64,000 bases of DNA from Protoeuglena noctilucae (lineage: Eukaryota), in NCBI GenBank assembly GCA_958009085.1, contig OY253679.1:558001-622000 (forward strand), given 5' to 3'. The translations under genes and the position numbers were made by a program. Of this stretch, positions 38,141 to 51,900 are shown piece by piece. The notes beneath the pieces are model-generated. The model was not told where the DNA came from and ran no database searches. It worked only from the letters and a program-made list of their open reading frames with translations. Numbering within the stretch: the first letter of the stretch is position 1; every line of letters starts with the position of its first letter.

Positions 38141-39749
38141 ATGGTTTCCCTGTTAATCGCCTCCCGCCCTTGCGCTTCTTTCAGAAACGCATCTGCGGTC
38201 TCATTCGTCGGACACAGGCACAATGCAGGGCCGGGCGCAGGCGGTTCAGCCGCGGTACGTGGGACACCGCGTGCCTCGTCCCGTCGCGATTGCCGCCCGA
38301 TATCCGCCCCTCGCGCAACGCCGGGCGCAATACAAGGCAGCGATGTCTCAGGTGCGTCGCGTGAGGAGTGACAGGGTGGGGATGGGCCGAGCAGGCACCT
38401 AACCATCTCCGCCCCTCTTTCCAGGGTCGTGCGGCTGGTAACCTGCCCGCTTTGCTGTTCCATGACAACATGCGTGCGGCGGACCACTCGCTGGAAGAGT
38501 TCAAGGAGGGCGAGGACGACGGCGCGCAGCTCCTTCCGGTCCGCTACTACTTGGACCAGAGGGCGCCCTGCCAGGCCCCGGGAGTCATCGCCTGCTACGA
38601 CGATCGGCGTTCCCTGCAGCTGGTGGCGTACACGGACAACGTCGCCATGGCGCTGGCGTCCCTGCGCGAGCGCGCGGGCGACGAGCGCTGCGCCTGGTGC
38701 CGTGTCCTGGTGTTCCGCAACCACGCCATGCGCACGCCCCAGGCGCTGCGTCAGGAGGCGGAGCGCTGGGTGGACGAGGCGGGGACGCTGCCCCCGGGCA
38801 ACGGCAGCGACACGGAGCTCTGGCTGGGCAAGCCGGACGAAGCGAGCGACCCCTCCAGCAGCGGCGACGACGACGCCAACCAACGGAGCCCCGCGTTCGT
38901 GAGCCCCTTCACCAAGGCGAGGCTTGCCTTATGGTCACTTGCCCATTCTCTCGCATCACCCACCTGCCTCTCTGCCCACTCTCATCGCCCACTCTCTTCG
39001 CCCACCCGTCCACGGATACAGGTGTCTGTGCAGCGGACGATGGACATGGAGACGTCCTCCGGGGCGTCCGCTGAGCTGACCGTCGAGTCGGTCGACTCCG
39101 CCCTCGATGGGGTGCGACCGTACCTGTGAGTAGCGCTGGCTGTGTGAAGTTTGGTGCCATAGGGTGCCAATCTTCTGACCGAGTGTCCCATGCCGTGACC
39201 CTGCCTGGCTCCGCACTCCCGCAGGATGGCCGACGGCGGGAACGTCGAAGTGGTGTACGTGGATAACGGCATCGTGGGTCTGCGGCTGCAGGGAAACTGC
39301 AGCACGTGCTCGTCCAGCACGGCCACGGTCAAGATGGGCATCGAGAAGGCCCTGGTGGGTGCGTTCGGGGAGCGGTTCCGTGGCGTGGTGCAGTTGGAGG
39401 CGGTGGACCCAGGGGCGACCAAGGCGTCCGTCGACACGCACCTCAACATGCTGAGGGGGGCGGTGGAGAGCTTCGGGGGCCGCGTTGAAGTGGTGGCGGT
39501 CGAGGGCGGCGTGTGCGAGCTGCGGTACAAGGGACCCAAGGTGAGGGTTGGCGTCTACGAGTTACAGTGCTGATGTGCAGGGGGCGCGTGGGATTGTGCG
39601 TCGCACATATGCGTGTGACCCTGCACGGTGTCTGTCGGCCTCTGCAGCCCATCGCGATGGGGTTGGCGGCGGCCATCCGCGACCGCTTCTTGGACATCAA
39701 GGAGGTCAAGATTCACACAGAGGAGGAGGAGGATAAGCCAGCTGCATGA
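38141..39749 (+). CDS. NFU1: Plastid NFU Fe-S transfer protein with N-terminal GIY-YIG-like domain
   Basis: PGVIACYD..LQLVAY..NVA...PPGN...W domain; LDGVRPYL|MADGGNVEV..LRLQGNCSTCSSSTATVKMGIEKAL (CxxC); second, degenerate NFU repeat. Confidence 0.9.
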
Positions 39750-39918
39750 CGAAGCCAAGGCCTGGCAGGTCCCTGGCTTAGGCCCACTGCGCTATGCTCT
39801 GGGGCACTCATCCACACCCCAGCCCTTCTCAGCTGTGCTGCGCTCGTGACTGATGATTGCATGGCTAGAGAACGGTTCAAGCAAAGGAAAGGCTTCCAAG
39901 CAGCACTTGGCTCGGTCC

Positions 39919-41478
39919 CTACCGCTGCGGCAGGGGCGGGAGCACGCCGGGCTGCCCCTGAACGTGCCAGACGTAGGTGAGACCATCCCAACCAGAGCTG
40001 GCGATCAGGCCGTCCACCAGGGCACTGAAGTCGAGGCCAACCGCAAACTCGGTGTGGTGGCCCCAGCGCTGCAGCGGGGGCGTGCCAGGCTTGCCAATGT
40101 CCCACAACGTCACCGACATGTCGTAGGAGCAGGCCGCCAGGAGCCCCGCGCTGCGGAGATGGAAGGGCGGACGGCTAGTTGAGACCCCAACTATGGGTCG
40201 CAACCACAACAGGACAACAGCGGGTCCGCTCAACTGATGCGCGCGCCGCTTGCCCTGCCAGCGCATGCCACTCGCCTGAACGGCGAGAACACGAGCCTCC
40301 GGACGGCGTAGGCGTGCGCAGCGAAGACGCAGAGCGGGGACTGGGGGCGCCGGAGGTCCCACGTCCGGATGGTCTTGTCGACCGACCCCGTGGCAACGAT
40401 GTTCTCGTCGTACTTGTTCCAATCGACCGCCAGGACCTGCGGATGGGTCACTCAGCACTCGCTTGCAGTGCACAGCACCCGGGCTACAAGCCACTGGCCC
40501 CGAGCCCCATCCCGTGCTCTTCACCTCAAAGTCGTGGGGCTTGATGGTCATGCTGGAGACGGGCTGCCGCACGTCGAAGACCTTGCACGTGCAGTCCCCA
40601 GACGCCGTGATCAGAACGTCCGCCTCCGTGGGGCACCAAGCGGCCGTGTACACGCTGCGGGTGCGCATGAAACACGCAGGGGCAGTCAATCCCCTATCCT
40701 AACCCATAACTCATGCCAGATCCGCTGCATTGGCCGCGCAGACGGGGGCTGCGTCACGCACCAGTAGCTGTGCTCTCGGAAGGTCCGGATGGACACGGGG
40801 GCGTCCGGGCTCCAGACCTTGGCCGTGTCATCCCACGATGTGCTCACGAAGCAGTCGCGGCGCAGAGGGTTCCACGTCACGCTGTGGACCTCGTGCGTGT
40901 GCTCGGCGTAGCTGCGGATCGGGTTGGCCTGCGGGAGACGTGCATATGGATGTCGCTCGCGGGCCCCGGGGTGCGGACCACTTCCAGTGGCCTGCTTGCT
41001 ATCCGCAAGTGACAGCCATGCAGTGCCACCTGTGGAGGCGCGCTGATGTCCCATGCGCGGAGGGTGCCATCGCCGCTGGCTGAGACGATGATGTTCTCGT
41101 TGCTTTCGCTCCACGCGCAGTCATACAGCCCATCGAGGGTGTCGAATGCGACGACCTCCCGGATCCCCTGCGATGCGGAAGAGTCCAAAGAGGGTGTCGG
41201 GGCTCTCGACGCGTCCCCGCGTGCGCGCGGGTGCAGCCACAGCCGCGCCTCGCCTGAGGGGTCAGCTGGAGGACGTGCTGCCGCCCATTCCCGACAATCC
41301 CAAAGTTCTGAGATGTGCATACGGCGAGGAGATTCTCGCGGAAGGGACTGAACTTGACCGAGCAACCCTGCAGGAGGAGGGCCGGGACGCGCTCGCGAGC
41401 GTGCCGCCATCCGCGGGCGAGCCGGCGAAGGCATGGATCGGAGCGGTTACGAACCTGGAACTGCGTCCGGAAGGACAT
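39919..41478 (-). CDS. PEX7: Peroxisomal PTS2 receptor PEX7 (WD40), 7 exons
   Basis: SVKFSPFRENLLAVCTSQNFGIVGNGR, DGLYDCAWSESNEN, SASGDG, VLAVDWNKY, HAYAVRR, CSYDMSV, HHTEFAVGLD, SSGWD. Confidence 0.96.
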
Positions 41479-41802
41479 GTAGGACGGGACGACAGACCCT
41501 GATGGGCCGGGACAGGCCCGCTGCAAGGCTCGCTGCTTTCCTGCCCCTCTGCGCGCCTATAGACTAGGAAGTGGAGCGAGCCGCACTCTCCATGGGATAT
41601 CTCATGCAGCAACCTACATAACATGGCGCGCAGGGCTCCTCTCGTTCCCTGGAGACCGCGACACCGGCCCCACTGGCCCTGACGTCGGTGTTGGAATCGC
41701 GGATGCGTCTCATCCGGGGCCCCAGGGGATCCATGCGCGCCATCTCCCGACAGGTTTCGAGAAATTGTCCTGTCGGACGGGGAGAGCGGGCGAGTGACCT
41801 CC

Positions 41803-44422
41803 ATGGCGGCCCCCTCGGCCTTCTTGGTGAGCGACGGGCGTCTGGGGACCCGGACAGAGGCCCGACGTCGCTGTTTCAATGCATTCGAGAGGCTCCGATT
41901 TGCCTCTCGATCTGCGGGCTCCTCCCCTCGACAGACTGCCCGCTCGACACTTTTGGAACAGGGCCGCGCGGGTCGCCATTGGCGCGCTTGAGAGATCTCG
42001 CGCGAGGGTCTGCCGCGCGGTTGCGATCGCATCTCCCGTCCTCGTCGGTCCCGCGCCCGCCCGCGCTGGGCGGGGTCGTGCTGGCGATGCCCGCAAGCAC
42101 GCCGCTCTTTGGGGCCTCTCCCGCCGGATCACCCGCGCCTCGGTCGTTTCCGGTGCCGCTGATGCATGGCATTTTCCAACCGCGATGCGTTGCAGTCACG
42201 ATGGCCCGCTTCTTGATCGCATGCCGGCCCCACGAGGCGCAGTTGGTCGGCGCGGCGTGGGAGTGCCTGCGCGCTGTTGCCTGCGCGCTGGCAAGGGGAC
42301 TGGCTCTTGCACAGATCGCGGAACAGTCGCATAGAGCCACGCGACGCTGCGATCTCCTGCCCCTCCTCGCAGCAACCGCAAATCATCCTGCTCAAGGAGG
42401 GGACGGACACGTCCCAGGGCAAGCCTCAGCTAATTTCCAACATCAACGCCTGCATGGCCGTGGTCGACTCCATCCGGTGATTGCGCCGGCCGCCGCCTGG
42501 GCCTTGCCGTGCTCCCAGCCCACGGGGCACACGCCAAGCAAAGTCGCTGTGCCTGCCACGCCCCGCAGCTCCACGCTCGGCCCTCGCGGCATGGACAAGC
42601 TCATCCACGACGAGAACGGCAACACGACCATCTCGAACGACGGCGCGACCATCATGAAGCTGCTGGACATCGTTCACCCGGCCGCCAAGACCCTGTGCGA
42701 GATCTCCCTGAGTCAGGACTCGGAGGTCGGTGACGGCACGACGACCGTGGTGCTGCTGGCGGGCGAGCTCCTGAGGGAGGCCAAGCCCTTCGTGGAGGAG
42801 GGCGTGCACCCCCGCAGCATCGTCACTGCTTACCGCAGCGCCTGCCGCCTGGCAGTGGCGCGCGTGAAGGAGCTGTCGGTGGACATCTCCGGCAACAGCG
42901 ACGAGGAGCGACGGAGCATGCTCGAGGTGAGGGGCCCGCGCGTCGCGGTGCCATTGGCACCGGCCTGCCCTCCTCTTCGACAGCCACGCTGGCCCAAAGC
43001 GACGCATGTGATGTTTGCGCAACACACGCGCCCTGGCCCTCTCCGTCACCGCAGAAGTGCGCCATGACGTCGATGAACTCCAAGCTGGTCTCCGGGGAGC
43101 GCGAGTTCTTCTCCAAGCTGGTGGTGGACGCGGTGGCCAAGCTGGACCCCCAGACGCTCGACCTCCGCATGATCGGGGTCAAGAAGGTCGTCGGGGGCGG
43201 GCTGCGGGACTCGTTCCTGGTCGACGGCGTGGCGTTCAAGAAGACCTTCTCGTACGCCGGGTTCGAGCAGCAGCCCAAGTCCTTCCACGACCCCAAGGTC
43301 CTCCTCCTCAACATCGAGCTGGAGCTCAAGGCCGAGAGGGACAACGCCGAGATCCGCCTCGACGACCCCGCCAAGTACCAGTCGATCGTCGACGCCGAGT
43401 GGTCCATCATCACCGAAAAGCTGCAGCTGTGCGCGGCGTCCGGGGCGCAGATCGTGCTGTCGCGGCTGGCGATCGGGGACCTCGCCACGCAGTACTTCGC
43501 CGACCGGGGCATCTTCTGCGCGGGGCGCGTGGCGGAGGACGACCTGCGGCGCGTGGCGCAGGCCACGGGCGCGCGCGTGCAGACGACCGTCAACAGCCTC
43601 GACACGTCGTGCTTGGGCACGTGCGCACGCTTTGAGGAGCGGCAGGTCGGCAACGAGCGCTACAACCTCTTCATGGGCTGCCCGGACGCCCGCACCGCCA
43701 CGCTCGTCCTGCGCGGGGGCTCCGAGCAGTTCATCGACGAGGCCGAGCGGTCCCTGCACGACGCCATCATGATTGTGCGGAGGGCCATGAAGCACCCGCA
43801 CGTGGTGCCGGGGGGCGGCGCCATCGACATGGAGGTCTCCAAGCACCTGCGGCAGGAGGCCCGGCAGATCGAGGGCAAGGCGCAGCTCTTCGTGTCGGCG
43901 GTGAGGGGCGCTGCTTCGTGCCCAGGCAGTGCCCATACCGTGTGGTGCATCGATGGGCATGGGTAGGAAGGCCCTGCGCATGGGGATGTGGCCTTGGCTG
44001 TGGCCTTGGGGGGCGCATGGATGGCGTCAATTATGTCCGTTGCATCTCCTGTGCCTCCTCCGCAGTTCGCGCGGGCGCTGGAGGTCATCCCCCGCCAGCT
44101 GTGCGACAACGCGGGGTTCGACGCCACGGACGTGCTCAACAAGCTGCGCCAGAAGCACCACATCGGGGGTCCCGAGGGCGCCAACTACGGGGTGGAAGTC
44201 AACACGGGCGGCGTGGTGGACACGTACGGGGCGTTCGTGTGGGAGCCGTCCCTGGTGAAGATCAACGCTCTGCAGGCGGCGTGCGAGGCGGCGTGCCTGG
44301 TGCTGTCGGTGGACGAGACGGTTCGGAACCCGAGGTCCGAGCAGGACGGGCAGGCGGCGGCGGCGGCCATGGCCGGGCGGGGGCGGGGCCGGGGGCGCGG
44401 GCGGGGCCGGGGCATGCGCTGA
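41803..44422 (+). CDS. CCT7: T-complex protein 1 subunit eta, 5 exons
   Basis: [80 protein letters not shown]-rich tail. Confidence 0.98.
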
Positions 44423-44617
44423 AGCGGTCACGGCACCGGTGGGGCTCGGCAGGCGTGACTGTGCCGGGGCGCATCTGGGGTGTTGCCGCGGTGGATTGTG
44501 CGGCTCGCGCTCTGCGCTCGTTTTCAGCTGCTGGGCCACCAGCCGATGCGATTTGTTGTGGTTTAAATGAGGCTGCCTTCCCTGTTAGTCTACGCTGATA
44601 TCTACGCTGGACGGCGC

Positions 44618-45463
44618 CTAGGGGCTGTCGGGGAAGGCAATCTTGAGTCCCACGTAGCGACGCAAGAGGTACGCGTCAACCGCTCCCACCAAGTCACGGG
44701 ACGCCGAGTAGTATCCCGGCACCTTGCCTTTCAGCTGGAACCCGAGGTTCTGCGGGGATCGGTACACAACGACGCTCGCATAAGCTGGCCCACAGATGCG
44801 CGGGGCTGGTGGCATCGTTGTCGACAGCTCACCTGGTAGAATTCCAGCGCGGCGTCGTTGTCCACTTGCACGTGCAGGAAGACGTCGTACACCTCGCCCA
44901 TGTCCCGGGCCTGGCACAGGGTCCGCTGTACGAGGAGTGAGCCCAGGCCCATGGAACGGTAGCCCGCCAGGACCCCCAGCGTCATGATGTGCAGGCGGGC
45001 GCCCGGGCCGTCCTTCCGGGCCTCCAGGCGGCACGCGATGCCCCCTATAAGCTTGTCCCCGCAGAACGCCAGCTGCGAGACGGGCCCGCTCAGCAGGCAT
45101 TGCTTGTAGATGACCTCGGGGTACTTGATGGGGAAGATGGCGAGGTTGAGCTGCCGCAGCTGGGCGACGTTGTCCTCGGATACCTCCACAAACGTTACGT
45201 CAATCGTCTCGGCCTGCTCCCCGTCTCCGGCGATCCTCACGCGCGGCGCTGTCTGCGAAACCCGAGAACGTGTGTTGCCGCCTCCGCACCCCTGCCGGGG
45301 CGCACAACAGCGCGTCCCTGGTTTGCCGAGACGACATACATGTAAGGCTCACCACGGCCTCGACGACTGGACATGGGAATTCCCGCGCTTGCCGGGACGA
45401 CAATGCGACGGGCGGGGAGCTCCCTGATAGCCCCTCCGCCTCCGCCGCCCCGTTCGTCGTCAT
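44618..45463 (-). CDS. NAA50: N-alpha-acetyltransferase 50 (NatE catalytic subunit, GNAT)
   Basis: QLRQLNLAIFPIKY, GGIACRLE, LHIMTLGVLAGYRSMGLGS, FLHVQVDNDAALEFY|..GF...GYY..DAYLL. Confidence 0.9.
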
Positions 45464-45856
45464 TTGGGCCGCCTGTGCGACACTTGGATCTCACCAACGC
45501 GATGCCACGTGGAGCACGGATCAAACGCGGGAGGACGATGGGGAAGCCACTTAGGCAAGCTGGCTTTACCCAACGCCCTCCCCACGTGCACAGGTGTTGT
45601 GACGAGCGAGCTGTTTTGGTGCATCCGCGGCGGACATGGCGTCAGAGATGCGCACACGCACACGCACACCATGTGTGTGCAGCACGTCGGCCGTACCCTA
45701 GCCAGTACGCCCGGCCGCAGCTAGGGACTGCAGCGACGCGATTCAGGCTTTCAGATTCCCGCACGAGCATGAACATAATGTCGGCCATCCCGATGCGCGC
45801 AGATCTGCGCGACTGCGCCAGAGGGGGCCCGTCACGCGTCACGCGCCCGCCATTGC

Positions 45857-48597
<2,741 letters not shown>

Positions 48598-48904
48598 GGT
48601 CGACATCGTTCATCAACCGGGTCGGCGGCGCCCGGGCATAGACGAGCGCGCGGCCAGCAGCCCGACTAGGGTAGGGTTCATCCCCTGCCACGCTAAGTCG
48701 CTCCTTTCGGGCGGCAGTGGCTTGCCTGGCATTGTTGCGTGCACCCACTCCAGGTTGGTGACCCTGCCCTGGCTCCTGGCTGCGTATATCGGCGCGAATC
48801 GAGCAGGGCCAGTGGGGCTGCAATAGGGCCTGCGCCACCGAGAAGACGCCTCGCGGGCGCTTGCAGCTGCTAGTGCGCCAGCAAGGTAGTCGATTGCGAG
48901 CGCA

Positions 48905-51900
48905 ATGCCGGGGGTCCAGCGGGAGAGGGCCGCGGAGGACGGCGCCGGCGACGGCGGCGGCGAGCAGGCTAGCAACGGGGACGGCGAGCTGCTGAAACAC
49001 TTCTGGGACCTCTCCAGCCTTCACCACGATGAACGTCAGTCATCAGCGGACGCTCTCGTGGACGGCATCGCACGGTGCGCATGCCGGCAGAGCACGCGTG
49101 CGCGTGCAGCCCGTTGCGCGGCCTCGCGCGGGTCGCTCGCGGCTGCCGTGCGCGCTTTGTCCACCGTAGCTGGTAACGACTTTGCTGCCCCGCCGGCCAC
49201 TGACGCAGGGCTTTGGACGCGGCGGCCGATGAGAACGGAGCGCCCTCGCCGGCCGCTTCGGCAGCCGAGTGGCCGCCGGTGGTCGACTACAGCATGAAGC
49301 GGTTGCTAAAGGGTCTCGGGTCCTCAAACAAGGGCGCGCGGCAGGGCTTCGCGACTGCGCTGGCCGGGATGCTCCAGGCGATGGGGACAAGGGGCGCCCT
49401 GACCGTCGAACGTGCCTTGGAAATCATCAACGAGGCCCTTCCGACCGCGGGAGGCAACGCCAAGCGTGTGGATGTCCGGGTGCGTGCCGGAGCTCGCATG
49501 CCTCTTCCCCAACCATGCAGCAGGCCAGTTGCGCACGCATCCTGCCCTAACGCTGACATTCGTCAGCCCACGTGGCCTCCAGCCTGCCCCACCCTGACGT
49601 CATGCTGTGCATTTCACCCCGCAGGAAGCGTCTCTGGGCCGCCTGTTTGCCCTGGCCGCCCTGTCGCGCTCCGGGCTGCCACAGAGTGCCGGTGATGCTG
49701 AGGGTATCCTGGAGGGCCTGATGGCCGTGGCATCCAGCAGCCCCTTCCTGCGGGAAGCGGCATGCACCGCTGTCATCGACATGCTGCAGAGGTTGCCCGC
49801 AAAGGAGGCCACGCGTGCCATCGCAAAGTGTGGTCCCCTCAAAGAGATGCTTACAGCAGATGAAGAGGTGAGCCAACGGGGGCCAACAACGCCTGTCGCT
49901 GTAAGCACCAGCAGCTTTGGTTACACGCCATGTGTTTGTCCCCAGCAGTGCCCTTGGCCCTGGCACTCGCCCCCCACTCCATATGTCTCTCGCACCCCGT
50001 CTCGCAGTCACCCACCCCCAACCCCCAACCCCCAACCCCTCCTCTGTCCCTCGCAGTCGGCAACCCCGGACGCCCTGACCCTGGCCCTTTCCCTGTGGCC
50101 CTTGCTGCCAGAGGACGTCCTCTCTGCCTGCACCCTACTCCCCGCCCTGGGCCCCGAGGACCGACCCCCACTGCAGTTCATCACCCACGTGGGCGAGTGC
50201 CCGCACCCCTCCGAGGCATCCCGGGCTTTCTTCGATCGCTCGCACCTCCCCCGCGTGGCCGGGGCCCTCCGCGCGGCCTCCGCCGTCGCCCCCCGCGTCC
50301 ACTCCTGCTGGCTCGCGGCCGTGGCCCTCCTCGCGCCGGGGTTCCGCCCGCAGCCGTGGTCGGGCGGGCGCCACCGCCGGGACGGCGAGCGTCCCCGCGC
50401 CGGCGACCACCGCGAGGGCGATGTGGTGCCGGACGCACGCACGGTATCTCCGATGGACGCTGCCAGCCTGTCTGCTCTGTGGGAGATGGTCGTGGAGCAG
50501 CGGTTGCTGTCCACGGCCTCCGACGACCGCCACTCGCTGGCCTTCCACCTCTGCCAGCTGCTGCTCTCGAGGTGCCCCGCGGCATCGGCGCCCGTGCTCC
50601 TCAGCCGCCGGCTCCTCACTGTCCTCGCCACGCACCTGGCACAGCGGGACTCGTACCTCCACGGAGCAGCGCAGGTGGGGCAGGCGGCTGCACTGCGCTG
50701 GCATAGGCACAAGCGATGGCAGGCCTCTCCGCAATGCGTAGTCGGCGACGTGGCATTGTAATCGCCCGCTGTGAGCTCTTCTCTCCCACAGGCGCTGCTT
50801 TCACGGATCAAGTCGGTCGCATCCGGGGCAGCGGACAAGGAACTGCGTATCGCCATCCTGGTGGCGCTGCAGACCCATGGCGCTCACGGGTGAGTCGAAG
50901 TTTGGGTCGCGGGCATAGCCCTTTCCCTGTCATATACTGCTGCTGGCGTTTGGCAGGAACACCCCTGCACCTCGCTCTGCTTGGCTGTGACCCAGGTTTG
51001 ACGCCGCAGCCAAGACGACGGTGGCGTCGGAGCTGCTGAGCAGCGTCACGGCTGAGGACGTGGGGCATTACCTGGTCAGGCTGGAGGAGCTGTTCGTCTC
51101 AGAGGGGCTCGCGGCTGCGCGGGTCGAGGCGGAGGGAGCGGTGACGACGGCGGAGGATGAGGCAGAGGGAGACGAGGCAGAGACGGGGGGCGCGGCGGGG
51201 CAACACCGCAAGCGGCTGGTGAGGGTGCAACGGTTGGAGCATTTCAGAGTGGCGTACACTGATCGTTGTGGTTGTCGTGGTGCTATCACCAGTGTGCGTG
51301 TTCAGTCGCTTCAACTTGTGAGCATGTCTCTGCACTGCCGCAGATGTGGGCCGCGGACCATCTGGTTTCCGCCCTGCGCATGGACGGCGTGACTGCCGAG
51401 TCGAGGGACCACGTGGCGCGGCTGCTGGCGACGCACGCGTTTCTGGCAGCGGACCCCGCGAACCCCAAGGCCCTGGGGGCGGCGGTCAAGGCCGACCCGG
51501 TGCTCAAGGCCCTCAAGAAGCTCGACTGCCACAGGTGACAGGTTTACCTCGCATTCCTTATGCACACCACGCTTTTTGCAAGCTGACTGTTTACTCAGGG
51601 GTCACTGTGCTGGGGATGCGTCGTGAATGGGCCCAAGCTGCCAAATCACAGACGGGGCGATGATGCAAGAGCCTGCTTCGCTTGCTTTCTGCTTCAATCT
51701 TAACCCATATGTGTACTACATCATATCTGTGATCCTTGCAGGTCCGTCCGGGAGCACTGCGCGGGTCGCGTGCTGCAGCTGGTGGCCGAGGCGGGGCAGC
51801 CGGCACCGCAGGGGCAGGGCAACAAGGGCAGGAAGGGCGCTAATGCCGGGGAGGGTGAGGCGAACGGCAAGGGGGGCCAGAAGGATGGCAAGGGAGCTCC

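Noticed and set aside
41827..42372. Possible intronic snoRNA in the long first introns of CCT7, UBC7 or PRK, or in POL5 introns
   Set aside because: No convincing box C (RTGATGA)/box D (CTGA) pair with a terminal stem found manually
44376..44413. GGGCGG/GGCCGG repeat at the end of CCT7
   Set aside because: Encodes the RG-rich tail commonly seen in green-lineage CCT7
45650..45682. (CACACG)n followed by TGTGTGTGC, a small hairpin
   Set aside because: Short microsatellite-derived complementarity with no further support
50012..50039. (CCCCAA)n-like run in a POL5 intron
   Set aside because: About three units within a C-rich intron; ordinary low complexity
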